Shown piece after piece: positions 42,446-54,400 of a DNA stretch of 64,000 bases. The first letter of the stretch is position 1. The number at the start of each line of letters is the position of its first letter. Origin of the DNA: Escherichia phage EP01; the sequence record OM135583.1; one strand, written 5' to 3'. The notes beneath the pieces were generated by a model. That model was given only the letters and a program-made list of their open reading frames with translations. It was not told the origin of the DNA and searched no databases. A program made the position numbers and the translations under genes.

Positions 42446-43354
42446 TTAAAGGTCATTCAAAAGGTCATCCAGGTCCGTGTCATCAGCACTAGATGAACTG
42501 CCAGAGCTTGAGCTCATAAAATCATCTTCAGTTTTTGTTTTGAAGTCATCAACATTGAATGCATCCAAATCATCAGCAACTTTATCAGCTTTCTTAGCAG
42601 CAGTTGCAGCGGCACCACCCATAGCAGCAGTTCCCATAACTTGACTGAACTTAGTGCTCAGTTCTTCAAACGATTTGAATTTATCTTTAGAAGTCATTTC
42701 AGAAAGGTCAACCATTTGTTCGAACAGTTCTTTCTGGAAAGATTCATCATCAATGTTTGGAATCGCAGATTGATTCAGGAATTTAGATTCGTCGTAGTTA
42801 CTAAAACCAGAAACTTGTTTAACTTTCAGTACAAAGTTAGCACCTTCCCACGGACAAGTTACATCAACCGGAGTTTCACCCATTTCAACATCAACTGCAA
42901 TCATTGCATTGATTTTATCCCAGATTTTCTTACCGAAACGATATTTAAATACTTTACCTTCATTTTCTGGAGCAGCTGGGTCTTTTACTACAAGAATGTT
43001 AGCCCAGTAAGAAGTTTTACGTTTAACAAGACTGTACTCTTTATTGTCAGTGTTGTACAAATCATTTTTACTGATGTACTGACATACTGGGCAAGAATCG
43101 TAATCACCGTGGGTAGATGAGCAATTTTCGATATACCATTTACCGTTTTTCTTGAAACCGTGATTTACAAGAATTGCGAATGGTGCTTGTTCATCATTTT
43201 TAGACGGAAGAAAACGAATTACTGCTTGACCGTTACCCGCATTGTCGAGTTTCAGTTTCCACTCGCCTTTATCTTCAGAAGAAAAACCACCTTTATTTCC
43301 AGCCAGTTTAGCCATTTGTGCAGCGAGTTCAGCAGTAGATTTACGTTTAAACAT
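42446..43354 (-). CDS. 32: single-stranded DNA-binding protein gp32
   Basis: 302 aa, recognised gp32 including the acidic C-terminus [22 protein letters not shown]. Confidence 0.97.
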   Translation of the reverse strand: MFKRKSTAELAAQMAKLAGNKGGFSSEDKGEWKLKLDNAGNGQAVIRFLPSKNDEQAPFAILVNHGFKKNGKWYIENCSSTHGDYDSCPVCQYISKNDLYNTDNKEYSLVKRKTSYWANILVVKDPAAPENEGKVFKYRFGKKIWDKINAMIAVDVEMGETPVDVTCPWEGANFVLKVKQVSGFSNYDESKFLNQSAIPNIDDESFQKELFEQMVDLSEMTSKDKFKSFEELSTKFSQVMGTAAMGGAAATAAKKADKVADDLDAFNVDDFKTKTEDDFMSSSSGSSSSADDTDLDDLLNDL

Positions 43355-43425
43355 TTTTATTTCCTTTTTAATTTAATTAACAGTTGGTGCTATGACGATG
43401 TATGACCTCATAGCTGGTCAGTGAG
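43355..43425 (-). promoter_or_regulatory. gene 32 translational operator (pseudoknot region plus AU-rich leader)
   Basis: Leader UUAAUUAAAUUAAAAAGGAAAUAAAAAUG and upstream GAGGUCAUACAUCGUCAUAGCACC match the recalled T4 autoregulatory site. Confidence 0.55.
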
Positions 43426-43437
43426 ATAATTATAATC

Positions 43438-43445
43438 TATTTATA
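43438..43445 (-). promoter_or_regulatory. late promoter TATAAATA (- strand) upstream of gene 32
   Basis: Reverse complement is an exact TATAAATA. Confidence 0.5.
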
Positions 43446-43453
43446 ATAAGCAA

Positions 43454-44107
43454 TTAATACTTACAAGATTTCACAGTTTCAATGAAAACGCTTTTAGCTT
43501 TCTGCGAATCAATATTTAAAATTTTTCTATAAGCCTTTAACTTTATAGAATAATTATTCCAGACTAAATTATCAGTCTGTTCATCATGTTTATCAATTAT
43601 ATTTAAAAACGAATCAAGCAAGATAAACGTCTCAAACGAAATTATATTCGATTGAAGTAGTTTAAAAATATAACTTGATTGAACTTTTGGATTATACTCA
43701 AAGATTTCTTTAAAAGCAGAAACTTCAACTTTTTTACTAAAATAATAAATGTTGCGAATATCTTCTTCAAACTTAAATTTAATTTGCTTTAAGCGTCCGA
43801 TATATTCACGATAAAACACAAGTGCATCAGCGTCAGAGATGTCACCAATCCAAGCATCCTGGTTAGCAACCAGATTGCTTATAAAGATTAAAGCAAGTTC
43901 CTTTAATTTATATTTTTCTGATAACTTCTGGAAAAAATACTTATCCCTTCGCTTTTGATAAGCGGCATCAGACACCCGCATGCACCAATTATACTTAATT
44001 ACATCATACTTTCCATTCATATGTTGTTTTATCATTAAGTATAATTTATAAACTGATTTACCATCAATGTATCTTTCACCACCAGCAGGCATGCGGAGTT
44101 TAATCAT
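43454..44107 (-). CDS. 59: helicase loader gp59
   Basis: 217 aa, recognised sequence and position. Confidence 0.92.
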   Translation of the reverse strand: MIKLRMPAGGERYIDGKSVYKLYLMIKQHMNGKYDVIKYNWCMRVSDAAYQKRRDKYFFQKLSEKYKLKELALIFISNLVANQDAWIGDISDADALVFYREYIGRLKQIKFKFEEDIRNIYYFSKKVEVSAFKEIFEYNPKVQSSYIFKLLQSNIISFETFILLDSFLNIIDKHDEQTDNLVWNNYSIKLKAYRKILNIDSQKAKSVFIETVKSCKY

Positions 44108-44442
44108 AGTAGAAAATCTAATGTATTAGTTTTTTCACAACGAACAACAGAAGGACGTAAAAGATTTTCGTCAATAGCTTCTGACTGAATTTTTTCAATT
44201 ATACCCGAAGGAATAAATTTAGCAAATTGAGTTTCAGGAATAGAATTTTCTTCTAAGAATGCTGTTGTAGCTTCAAGATAACTCATTCCAAACTCTTCTA
44301 CCATTTTTTCAATAATAAATCCATTTTCTTGACGGTCAAGAAGCTTTGCAATTTCATCCTTTTCTTTCTTAATTGAAAGTTCTTTTTCTGAAAGACCGGT
44401 CTCATCGACCGGACGAATATCATTTAGAGAAAACTGTGTCAT
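44104..44442 (-). CDS. 33: late transcription co-activator gp33
   Basis: 112 aa from ATG 44442; position between 59 and dsbA. Confidence 0.8.
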   Translation of the reverse strand: MTQFSLNDIRPVDETGLSEKELSIKKEKDEIAKLLDRQENGFIIEKMVEEFGMSYLEATTAFLEENSIPETQFAKFIPSGIIEKIQSEAIDENLLRPSVVRCEKTNTLDFLL

Positions 44443-44689
44443 AAAGTTCAACTACCTCTTCAGTTTCAGCTTCAAACACATCACGGTTATCTTTATGATA
44501 CAAAGCTAATAGACGATTAAACATCTTACCATCAACGCCAAGTTCATCTTTGGCACGAATTCGAATATCTTTAATCAATTCATTATAACCAGAAATTTTC
44601 AGTTTATGGTCAGATGCTTCTTTAATAAATTTAGCTAAATCTTCGCCGTGGATAGCTTCATCAAATTCAACCATTTCTTTTTTAGCCAT
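44420..44689 (-). CDS. dsbA: dsDNA-binding protein DsbA
   Basis: 89 aa, position between rnh and 33. Confidence 0.7.
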   Translation of the reverse strand: MAKKEMVEFDEAIHGEDLAKFIKEASDHKLKISGYNELIKDIRIRAKDELGVDGKMFNRLLALYHKDNRDVFEAETEEVVELYDTVFSK

Positions 44690-44697
44690 TATTCACC

Positions 44698-45615
44698 TCA
44701 AAATTCGTTAATGCTATTAGTTAATTTAGAAAGACCCGCTTTTACAAAATATGAATAAATTTTGCCGCGCGGTGGTAATTTATATGAATTATAGTAATTC
44801 ACAATGTTTGAAGCAATATTATCAGGAATATAATCAAAATCAATTAGAACTAAATTTTCTTTGTATCGATTATACTCAGATTCGGTGAGAAGCACCTTAG
44901 CTTGCTCACGGTCATTAGCAATAGCTTCAACAATAGAGGTTTTCATTGAAGGAGTTCGTTCGCCTTCAACTCTGGTAAACCAAAAGTCAGATCGTACTTT
45001 AACTGAAGCAACGTTATCCTTTTTATCGCCCTTAAGAATTTTAGTCATACAGTCAATTTCAGCAGAACCGCTTTTAATTTTAACCCATTTCTTGTGCATC
45101 GGTGACCATTGCTTAACATTTGGGTATTTGTGAAGTTGAGTAAAGTCACCATCCGACGAAATGATTAAAATTTTATGTCCTTCTAAAGAGAACTTTTTAA
45201 CCAAAACAGCAATATGGTCATCTGCTTCATACTTATCAATATCCATAACAATGTATGGCATATAAGCTTTCAATTCATCTATAACTTTATGACTGGATTC
45301 AAAATAACCTTCCCAGTCCCAAGTAGATTCTTCTCGTGCTTTTCCACGGTTTTTCTTATAGTAATAAGCGAAATCACGACGCCAGTATCCAGATTTCGCG
45401 TTATCGATACACAGTACAATTTTAGTGTATCCAAGAGTTTTTGCTTTTTTGACATTAAACTTAATTGAGTTCAATATCAAATGACGAACCATTGATAAAT
45501 TAATTTTTTCTTTATCTGGGAAGTTTACTAGAGCAGTTGAAAGCGCAATTTGACTAAAGTCAATTAAGCAGATTCCTTCTTTGTAATCTTCATCCAGCAT
45601 CATTTCTAAATCCAT
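44698..45615 (-). CDS. rnh: RNase H (5'-3' exonuclease / flap endonuclease)
   Basis: 305 aa from ATG 45615 (MDLEMMLDEDYKEGICLIDFSQ...); matches T4 size. Confidence 0.92.
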   Translation of the reverse strand: MDLEMMLDEDYKEGICLIDFSQIALSTALVNFPDKEKINLSMVRHLILNSIKFNVKKAKTLGYTKIVLCIDNAKSGYWRRDFAYYYKKNRGKAREESTWDWEGYFESSHKVIDELKAYMPYIVMDIDKYEADDHIAVLVKKFSLEGHKILIISSDGDFTQLHKYPNVKQWSPMHKKWVKIKSGSAEIDCMTKILKGDKKDNVASVKVRSDFWFTRVEGERTPSMKTSIVEAIANDREQAKVLLTESEYNRYKENLVLIDFDYIPDNIASNIVNYYNSYKLPPRGKIYSYFVKAGLSKLTNSINEF

Positions 45616-45644
45616 ATGAACCTCGTTCAATTAGTGAGATTTCT

Positions 45645-45674
45645 ATTATATACCATCCGAATCTTAAAGTAAAC
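45645..45674 (-). promoter_or_regulatory. candidate early promoter upstream of rnh
   Basis: GTTTAC, 18-nt spacer, TATAAT on the - strand. Confidence 0.45.
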
Positions 45675-45677
45675 AAG

Positions 45678-45685
45678 TATAAATA
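45678..45685 (+). promoter_or_regulatory. late promoter TATAAATA for gene 34
   Basis: Exact motif about 35 nt before the gene 34 ATG. Confidence 0.65.
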
Positions 45686-45719
45686 CTTATTATTGAAAAC
45701 ACAATAGGAGCCCGGGAGA

Positions 45720-48700
45720 ATGGCCGAGATTAAAAGAAAGTTCAGAGCAGAAGACGGTCTGGACGCAGGTGGCGATAAAATAATCAACGTAGCTTTAGCT
45801 GATCGTACCGTAGGAACTGACGGTGTTAACGTTGATTACCTAATTCAAGAAAACACAGTTCAACAATACGATCCAACTCGTGGATATTTAAAAGATTTTG
45901 TAATCATTTATGATAACCGCTTTTGGGCTGCTATAAATGATATTCCAAAACCGGCAGGAACTTTTAATAGTGGACGCTGGAGAGCATTGCGTACTGATGC
46001 TAACTGGATCACAGTTTCATCTGGTTCATATCAATTAAAATCCGGTGAAGCTATTTCGGTTAACACTGCAGCTGGTAATGATATTACATTTACTTTACCA
46101 TCTTCCCCAATTGACGGTGACACTATCGTTCTCCAAGATATTGGAGGAAAACCTGGAGTTAACCAAGTTTTAATTGTAGCTCCGGTGCAAAGTATTGTAA
46201 ACTTCAGAGGCGAACAAGTACGTTCAGTACTAATGACTCATCCAAAGTCACAGTTAGTTTTAATTTTTAGTAATCGTCTGTGGCAAATGTATGTTGCTGA
46301 TTATAGTAGAGAAGCTGTAATTGCAACACCAGCGAATACTTATCAAGCGCAATCTAACGATTTTATCGTACGTAGATTTACTTCTGCTGCACCGATTAAT
46401 ATTAAACTTCCGAGATTTGCCAATCACGGCGATATTATTAATTTCGTCGATTTAGATAAACTAAATCCGCTTTATCATACAATTGTTACTACATACGATG
46501 AAACTACTTCAATACAAGAAGATGGAACTCATTCTATTGAAGGCCGTACATCGATTGACGGTTTCTTGATGTATGATGATAATGAAAAATTGTGGAGATT
46601 GTTTGACGGGGATAATAAAGCACGTTTACGTATTATAACAACTAATTCAAATATTCGTCCAAATGAAGAAGTTATGGTATTTGGTGCGAATAACGGAACA
46701 GCTCAGACAATTGAGCTTAAGCTTCCAACTAATATTTCTGTTGGTGATACTGTTAAAATTTCCATGAATTACATGAAAAAAGGACAAACAGTTAAAATCA
46801 AAGCTGCTGGTGAAGATAAAATTGCTTCTTCAGTTCAATTGCTGCAATTCCCAAAACGTTCAGAGTATCCGCCTGAAGCTGAATGGGTGACTGTTCAAGA
46901 ATTAGTTTTTAACGGTGAAACTAATTATGTTCCAGTTTTAGAGCTTGCTTATATAGAAGATTCTGATGGAAAATATTGGGTTGTACAGCAAAACGTTCCA
47001 ACCGTAGAAAGAGTTGATTCTTTAAATGATTCTACTAGAGCGAGATTAGGCGTAATTGCTTTAGCTACACAAGCTCAAGCTAACGTTGATTTAGAAAATT
47101 CTCCACAAAAAGAATTAGCAATTACTCCAGAAACATTAGCTAATCGTACTGCTACAGAAACTCGCAGAGGTATCGCAAGAATAGCAACTACTGCCCAAGT
47201 GAATCAGAACACTACATTCTCTTTTGCTGATGATATTATCATTACTCCTAAAAAGCTGAATGAAAGAACTGCTACAGAAACTCGTAGAGGTGTTGCTGAA
47301 ATTGCTACGCAACAGGAAACTAATGCAGGTACTGATGATACTACAATCATCACTCCTAAAAAGCTTCAAGCTCGTCAAGGTTCTGAATCATTATCTGGTA
47401 TTGTAACCTTTGTATCTACCGCAGGAGCTACTCCAGCTTCTAGTCGTGAATTAAATGGTACAAACGTTTATAATAAAAACACTAATAATTTAGTTGTTTC
47501 GCCTAAAGCTTTGGATCAGTATAAAGCTACTCCAACACAGCAAGGTGCAGTAATTTTAGCAGTTGAAAGTGAAGTAATTGCTGGACAGAGCCAAGAAGGA
47601 TGGGCAAATGCGGTTGTAACACCAGAAACGTTACATAAAAAGACATCAACTGATGGAAGAATTGGTTTAATTGAAATTGCTACGCAAAGTGAAGTTAATA
47701 CAGGAACTGATTATACTCGTGCAGTAACTCCTAAAACTTTAAATGACCGTATAGCAACTGAAAGTTTAAGTGGTATAGCTGAAATTGCTACACAAGTTGA
47801 ATTCGACGCAGGCGTCGACGATACTCGTATCTCTACACCATTAAAAATTAAAACTAGATTTAATAGTACTGATCGTACTTCTGTTGTTGCTCTATCTGGA
47901 TTAGTTGAATCAGGAACTCTCTGGGACCATTATACCCTTAATATTCTTGAAGCAAATGAGACACAACGTGGTACACTTCGTGTGGCTACGCAAGTTGAAG
48001 CTGCTGCAGGAACATTAGATAACGTTCTAATAACTCCTAAAAAGCTTTTAGGTACTAAATCTACCGAATCGCAAGAAGGTGTTATTAAAGTTGCAACTCA
48101 GTCTGAAACTGTAACTGGAACGTCAGCAAATACTGCTGTATCTCCAAAAAATTTAAAATGGATTGCGCAGAGTGAACCTACTTGGGCAGCTACTACTGCG
48201 ATAAGAGGTTTTGTTAAAACTTCATCTGGTTCAATTACATTCGTTGGTAATGATACAGTTGGTTCTACACAGAGCTTAGAGCTATACGAGAAAAATAGCT
48301 ATGCAGTATCACCATATGAATTAAACCGTGTATTAGCAAATTATTTGCCGTTAAAAGCAAAAGCTGCTGATACAAATTTATTGGATGGTCTAGATTCATC
48401 CCAGTTCATTCGTAGGGATATTGTACAGACGGTTAATGGTTCACTAACCTTAACCCAACAAACGAATCTGAGTGCCCCTCTTGTATCATCTAGTACTGCT
48501 ACGTTTGGTGGATCAGTTTCGGCAAATAGTACATTAACTATTTCTAACTCTGGAACAGCAACTCGTCTGATTTTCGAAAAAGGTCCTGCATCTGGGGCAA
48601 ATCCTGCACAGTCAATGAGTATTCGTGTATGGGGTAACCAATTTGGCGGCGGTAGTGATACGACTCGTTCGACAGTGTTTGAAGTTGGCGATGAAACATC

Positions 48701-49589
48701 TCATCACTTTTATTCTCAACGTAATAAAGACGGTAATATAGCGTTTAGCATTAATGGTACTGTAATGCCAATAAATGTTAATGCTTCCGGTTTGATGAAT
48801 GTGAATGGCACTGCAACATTCGGTCGTTCAGTTACAGCCAATGGTGAATTTATCAGCAAGTCTGCAAATGCTTTCAGAGCAATAAATGGTAATTATGGAT
48901 TCTTTATTCGCAATGATTCTGCTAATATCTATTTTCTGCTAACTAATTCAGGTGACCAGACAGGTGGTTTTAATGGATTACGTCCTTTAGCTATTAATAA
49001 TGCCTCCGGTTTAGTAACTATTGCCGAAGGTCTTGTTATTGCTAAAGGAGCTACTATTAACTCCGGTGGTTTAACTGTTAACTCGAGAATTCGTTCTCAG
49101 GGCATTAAAACTGCTGACCTATATACCCGTGCACCGACATCTGATACTGTAGGATTCTGGTCAATTGACATTAATGATTCAGCTACTTATAACCAGTTCC
49201 CAGGTTATTTTAAAATGGTTGAAAAAACTAATGAAGTGACTGGACTTCCATACTTAGAACGTGGAGAAGAGGTTAAATCTCCTGGTACATTGACTCAATT
49301 TGGTAATACACTTGATTCTCTTTACCAAGATTGGATTACTTATCCAACAACTCCAGAAGCGCGTACCACTCGCTGGACGCGTACATGGCAGAAAACCAAA
49401 AACTCCTGGTCAAGTTTTGTTCAGGTATTTGATGGAGGTAACCCTCCTCAGCCGTCTGATATTGGTGCTTTACCATCTGATAATGCTACAATGGGGAATC
49501 TTACTATTCGTGATTTCTTACGAATTGGTAATGTTCGCATTGTTCCTGACCCAGTGAATAAATCTGTTAAATTTGAATGGGTTGAATAA
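45720..49589 (+). CDS. 34: long tail fibre proximal subunit gp34
   Basis: 1289 aa (T4 size), late promoter and AGGAG SD upstream. Confidence 0.95.
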   Translation: MAEIKRKFRAEDGLDAGGDKIINVALADRTVGTDGVNVDYLIQENTVQQYDPTRGYLKDFVIIYDNRFWAAINDIPKPAGTFNSGRWRALRTDANWITVSSGSYQLKSGEAISVNTAAGNDITFTLPSSPIDGDTIVLQDIGGKPGVNQVLIVAPVQSIVNFRGEQVRSVLMTHPKSQLVLIFSNRLWQMYVADYSREAVIATPANTYQAQSNDFIVRRFTSAAPINIKLPRFANHGDIINFVDLDKLNPLYHTIVTTYDETTSIQEDGTHSIEGRTSIDGFLMYDDNEKLWRLFDGDNKARLRIITTNSNIRPNEEVMVFGANNGTAQTIELKLPTNISVGDTVKISMNYMKKGQTVKIKAAGEDKIASSVQLLQFPKRSEYPPEAEWVTVQELVFNGETNYVPVLELAYIEDSDGKYWVVQQNVPTVERVDSLNDSTRARLGVIALATQAQANVDLENSPQKELAITPETLANRTATETRRGIARIATTAQVNQNTTFSFADDIIITPKKLNERTATETRRGVAEIATQQETNAGTDDTTIITPKKLQARQGSESLSGIVTFVSTAGATPASSRELNGTNVYNKNTNNLVVSPKALDQYKATPTQQGAVILAVESEVIAGQSQEGWANAVVTPETLHKKTSTDGRIGLIEIATQSEVNTGTDYTRAVTPKTLNDRIATESLSGIAEIATQVEFDAGVDDTRISTPLKIKTRFNSTDRTSVVALSGLVESGTLWDHYTLNILEANETQRGTLRVATQVEAAAGTLDNVLITPKKLLGTKSTESQEGVIKVATQSETVTGTSANTAVSPKNLKWIAQSEPTWAATTAIRGFVKTSSGSITFVGNDTVGSTQSLELYEKNSYAVSPYELNRVLANYLPLKAKAADTNLLDGLDSSQFIRRDIVQTVNGSLTLTQQTNLSAPLVSSSTATFGGSVSANSTLTISNSGTATRLIFEKGPASGANPAQSMSIRVWGNQFGGGSDTTRSTVFEVGDETSHHFYSQRNKDGNIAFSINGTVMPINVNASGLMNVNGTATFGRSVTANGEFISKSANAFRAINGNYGFFIRNDSANIYFLLTNSGDQTGGFNGLRPLAINNASGLVTIAEGLVIAKGATINSGGLTVNSRIRSQGIKTADLYTRAPTSDTVGFWSIDINDSATYNQFPGYFKMVEKTNEVTGLPYLERGEEVKSPGTLTQFGNTLDSLYQDWITYPTTPEARTTRWTRTWQKTKNSWSSFVQVFDGGNPPQPSDIGALPSDNATMGNLTIRDFLRIGNVRIVPDPVNKSVKFEWVE

Positions 49590-49597
49590 GAGGTATT

Positions 49598-50716
49598 ATG
49601 GAAAAATTTATGGCAGAGTTTGGACAAGGATATGTCCAAACGCCGTTTTTATCGGAAAGTAATTCAGTAAGATACAAAATAAGTATAGCGGGTTCTTGCC
49701 CGCTTTCTACTGCAGAAGGACCATACGTTAAATTTCAGGATAATCCTGTTGGAAGTCAAACATTTAGCACAGGACTTCATTTAAGAGTTTTTGACCCTTC
49801 CACCGGAGCATTAGTTGATAGTAAGTCATATGCTTTTTCGACTTCAAATGATACTACATCAGCTGCTTTTGTTAGTTTCATGAATTCTTTGACGAATAAT
49901 AGACTTGTTGCTATATTAACTAACGGAAAAGTTAATTTTCCTCCTGAAGTAGTATCTTGGATAAGAACCGCAGGAACGTCTGCTTTTCCATCTGATTCTA
50001 TATTGTCAAGATTTGACGTATCATATGCTGCTTTTTACACTTCTTCTAAAAGAGCTATTGCATTAGAACATGTTAAACTAAGTAATAGAAAAAGCACAGA
50101 TGACTATCAAACTATTTTAGATGTTGTATTTGATAGTTTAGAAGACGTTGGAGCTACAGGATTTCCTAAAAGAACATACGAAAGTGTTGATCAATTTATG
50201 TCGGCAGTTGGCGGAACTAATAACGAAATTGCGCGATTGCCAACTTCAGCTGCTATAAGTAAACTCTCTGATTATAATTTAATTCCTGGCGATGTGCTTT
50301 ATCTTAAAGCTCAATTATATGCCGATGCTGATTTACTTGCGCTTGGAACCACAAATATATCTATCCGTTTTTATAACGCATCTAATGGATATATTTCCTC
50401 GACACAAGCTGAGTTTACCGGACAAGCTGGGTCTTGGGAATTAAAGGAAGATTATGTAGTTGTTCCAGAAAACGCTGTGGGATTTACGATATACGCGCAA
50501 AGAACTGCACAAGCTGGTCAAGGTGGCATGAGAAATTTAAGTTTTTCTGAAGTGTCAAGAAATGGTAGTATTTCGAAACCTGCTGAATTTGGTGTCAACG
50601 GTATTCGAGTTAATTATGTCTGTGAATCCGCTTCACCTCCGGATATAATGATACTTCCTACACAAGCATCGTCTAAAACCGGTAAAGTGTTTGGGCAAGA
50701 ATTTAGAGAAGTATAA
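49598..50716 (+). CDS. 35: long tail fibre hinge protein gp35
   Basis: 372 aa (T4 size); terminator downstream. Confidence 0.92.
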   Translation: MEKFMAEFGQGYVQTPFLSESNSVRYKISIAGSCPLSTAEGPYVKFQDNPVGSQTFSTGLHLRVFDPSTGALVDSKSYAFSTSNDTTSAAFVSFMNSLTNNRLVAILTNGKVNFPPEVVSWIRTAGTSAFPSDSILSRFDVSYAAFYTSSKRAIALEHVKLSNRKSTDDYQTILDVVFDSLEDVGATGFPKRTYESVDQFMSAVGGTNNEIARLPTSAAISKLSDYNLIPGDVLYLKAQLYADADLLALGTTNISIRFYNASNGYISSTQAEFTGQAGSWELKEDYVVVPENAVGFTIYAQRTAQAGQGGMRNLSFSEVSRNGSISKPAEFGVNGIRVNYVCESASPPDIMILPTQASSKTGKVFGQEFREV

Positions 50717-50721
50717 ATTGA

Positions 50722-50748
50722 GGGAGCCTTCGGGTTCCCTTTTTCTTT
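50722..50748 (+). terminator. rho-independent terminator after gene 35
   Basis: GGGAGCC-UUCG-GGUUCCC hairpin plus T-run. Confidence 0.7.
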
Positions 50749-50755
50749 ATAAATA
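50748..50755 (+). promoter_or_regulatory. late promoter TATAAATA for gene 36
   Basis: Exact motif about 25 nt before the gene 36 ATG. Confidence 0.6.
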
Positions 50756-50778
50756 CTATTAAAATAAAGGGGCATACA

Positions 50779-51438
50779 ATGGCTGATTTAAAAGTAGGTT
50801 CAACAACTGGGGGCTCTGTCATTTGGCATCAAGGAAATTTTCCATTGAATCCAGCCGGTGACGATGTACTCTATAAATCATTTAAAATATATTCAGAATA
50901 TAATAAACCACAAGCGGCTGATAACGATTTCGTTTCTAAAGCTAATGGTGGGACATATCTCAAAAAGGTAATCTTTAACGAAGGCGTTGCAGTCAAAACA
51001 GCAGATAACCAAAAGAATGGTATTTTTCCTGGTAACGGTGATGCAGCTACTTTTGCTATGGCAAATATTGACATCGTTTCGTGGAATGGTATTGGTTTTA
51101 AATCATCACAAGGTTCAGCAGACCGAACTGTTGTAATTAATTCACGTAATGGTGATATTAGTACAAAAGGCGTTGTGACAGCAGTAGGTCAAATAAGAAG
51201 TAATGCAGTTTCTCCTGTATCAGCAAATGACCTTACTAGAAAGGACTATGTTGATGGAGCAATAAATACTGTTACGGCAAATGCGAACTCTAGAGTGTTA
51301 CGATCTGGCGACACTATGACGGGAAACTTAACCGCACCAAACTTTTTCTCGCAGAATCCTGCATCTCAACCTTCACACGTTCCGCGATTTGACCAAATCG
51401 TAATTAAGGATTCTGTTCAAGATTTCGGCTATTATTAA
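50779..51438 (+). CDS. 36: long tail fibre distal connector gp36
   Basis: 219 aa, late promoter upstream. Confidence 0.9.
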   Translation: MADLKVGSTTGGSVIWHQGNFPLNPAGDDVLYKSFKIYSEYNKPQAADNDFVSKANGGTYLKKVIFNEGVAVKTADNQKNGIFPGNGDAATFAMANIDIVSWNGIGFKSSQGSADRTVVINSRNGDISTKGVVTAVGQIRSNAVSPVSANDLTRKDYVDGAINTVTANANSRVLRSGDTMTGNLTAPNFFSQNPASQPSHVPRFDQIVIKDSVQDFGYY

Positions 51439-51446
51439 GAGGACTT

Positions 51447-54400
51447 ATGGCTACTTTAAAACAAATACAATTTAAAAGAAGCAAAACCGCAGGTGCACGT
51501 CCTGCTGCTTCAGTATTAGCCGAAGGTGAATTGGCTATAAACTTAAAAGATAGAACAATTTTTACTAAAGATGATTCAGGAAATATCATTGATTTAGGCT
51601 TTGCTAAAGGCGGGCAAGTTGATGGAAATGTGACTATCAATGGACTTTTGAAATTAAACGGCGATTATGTACAAACTGGTGGAATGACCGTAAATGGACC
51701 TATTGGTTCTACTGAAGGCATAACTGCAAAAGTTTTCAGATCTACACAAGGTTCATTTTATACAAGAGCATCAAACGATGCCTCAAATGCCCATTTATGG
51801 TTTGAAAATGCCGATGGTACTGAACGAGGCGTTATATATGCTCGTCCTCAAACTACAACCGATGGTGAAATACGTCTTAGAGTTAGACAAGGCACAGGTA
51901 GCACTGTAAATAGCGAATTCTATTTCCGTTCTATTAATGGAGGTGAATTCCAGGCGGCTCGAGTAATTGCTACTACTTCGATGCATACTCCATCTGTAGT
52001 TGTTAATACAGTTAACCATGATTCTAAAACGTTTGGTCAATATGATAGCCAATCGTTAGTTAACTACGTATACCCAGGCACCGGTGAAACAAATGGTATA
52101 AACTATCTTCGTAAAGTTCGAGCTAAATCAGGCGGAACTATTTACCATGAAATCGCTTCAGCTCAAACTGGTAAGAATGATGAAATTTCTTGGTGGACCG
52201 GAAATACACTTACTACTAAATTAATGGGTCTTCGTAATGATGGCGCAATGGTATTACGTCGTTCACTTGCTATTGGCACAATTACCACTGATGAAAATAC
52301 TAACAACTATGGTTCTCCTACTCCAATGGGAGAAAGATATATTGCTTTGGGTGATGCTGCCACTGGTTTAAAATACATTAAGCAGGGCGTTTATGATTTA
52401 GTAGGTAATTGGAATTCTGTCGCATCTATTACTCCAGATAGTTTCCGTAGTACTCGTAGAGGTATATTTGGACGTTCAGAAGACCAAGGCACCACATGGA
52501 TTATGCCTGGAAACAACGCCGCGTTTTTATCGGTTCAAACACAAGCTGATGGAAACACTGCTGGAGACGGCCAGACACATATTGGCTATAACTCAGGCGG
52601 TAAAATGAACCACTATTTCCGTGGTAAAGGCAAAACTAATATTAATACTCAGGAAGGTGTAGACGTTAACCCGGGTATTTTAAAATTAACAACTGGTGCT
52701 AACAGTATTAGCTTTAACGCTGCAACAGGTAATATTGATTCTACATTAGCCTTTCGTCTTAATAAAGGCATAATTATTGATGGGCCTGATAATCAGGGAT
52801 TCCAGTTTAACGCACCGACGGCTGCAGATGGTACTAGAAGTATATACTGGAATAGTGGCACACGCCCAGGTCAAAACAAAAGCCCTGTTACGGTTAAGGC
52901 ATGGGGAAGTGCGTACAGCACAGGAGATAAATCTCGTGAAACTGTGTTTGAAGTTGGTGATGGGCAAGGATATTACTTTTATGCGCAGCGTGTAGCTCCC
53001 GATTCAGGATCTACTGTCGGACGAATTCAATTTAGAATTGCTGGAGCATTATTAACCGGTGGTATTACATCATCCGGCTCGATTGTTACAGAATCAAGTT
53101 TAGTTGCGAATAATGGATTATCTGTAAATGGTCAAGCCAAATTTGGCGGAACAGCAAACGCACTGAGAATTTGGAATGCTGAATATGGTGCCATTTTCCG
53201 TCGTTCGGAAAATAACTTTTATATTATTCCAACCAATCAAAATGAAGGCGAAAGTGGAGACATTCACAGCTCTTTGAGACCTGTGAGAATAGGATTAAAT
53301 GATGGTATGGTTGGATTAGGAAGAGATTCTTTTATAGTAGATCAAAATAATGCTTTAACTACGATAAACAGTAACTCTCGCATTAATGCCAACTTTAGAA
53401 TGCAATTAGGTCAGGCTGCATACATTGATGCAGAATGTACTGATGCTGTTCGCCCGGCTGGCGCGGGTTCATTTGCTTCGCAAAATAATGAAAACGTTCG
53501 TGCTCCATTCTATATGAACATTGATCGTACAGATACAAGTACTTACGTTCCCATTTTAAAACAACGATATGTTCAAGGAAATAGTTGTTATTCTTTAGGT
53601 ACTTTAATAAATGGCGGTGACTTCAGAGTTCAATACCATGAAGGTGGAGATAATAATTCAACAGGTCCTTTAATTAAAGACTTTGGATGGGAATTCCGTC
53701 GTACTGGTGACTTCCGCGTACCTGGTAAAATTATTGCCGGTGCTGCTACTCTTGACACTGATGGTAATATTACGGGTGGTTCAGGAAACTTTGCTAACTT
53801 AAACAGTACAATTGAATCACTTAAAACTGATATTGTTTCAAGTTATCCTATTGGAGCTCCAATTCCATGGCCAACGGATACACCTCCTGAAGGTTATGCA
53901 ATAATGGAAGGTCAGACTTTTGATAAGTCTGCATATCCAAAGTTAGCTGCGGTGTATCCTTCCGGCGCTCTGCCTGATATGCGTGGTCAAACTATCAAGG
54001 GTAAACCAAGTGGTCGCGCAGTGTTGAGCGCTGAGGCAGATGGTGTTAAGGCTCATAGCCATAGTGCATCTGCTTCAAGTACTGACTTAGGCACTAAAAC
54101 CACATCAAGCTTTGACTATGGTACGAAGGGAACTAATACTACTGGTGGCCACACACACTCTGGTAGTGGTTCTACTAGCGCAAATGGTGAGCACAGCCAC
54201 TACATGGAGGCATGGAGTGGTACTGGTAAAGGTGGTAATCTGATGTCATCATATGCCGTAGCATATAGGGCTGGTGGGACTAACACTAATGCAGCAGGGA
54301 ACCACAGCCACACTTTCTCTTTTGGGACTAGCGGTGCTGGCGACCATTCCCACTCTGTAGGTATTGGTGCTCACAGCCACACGGTAGCGATTGGTTCGCA

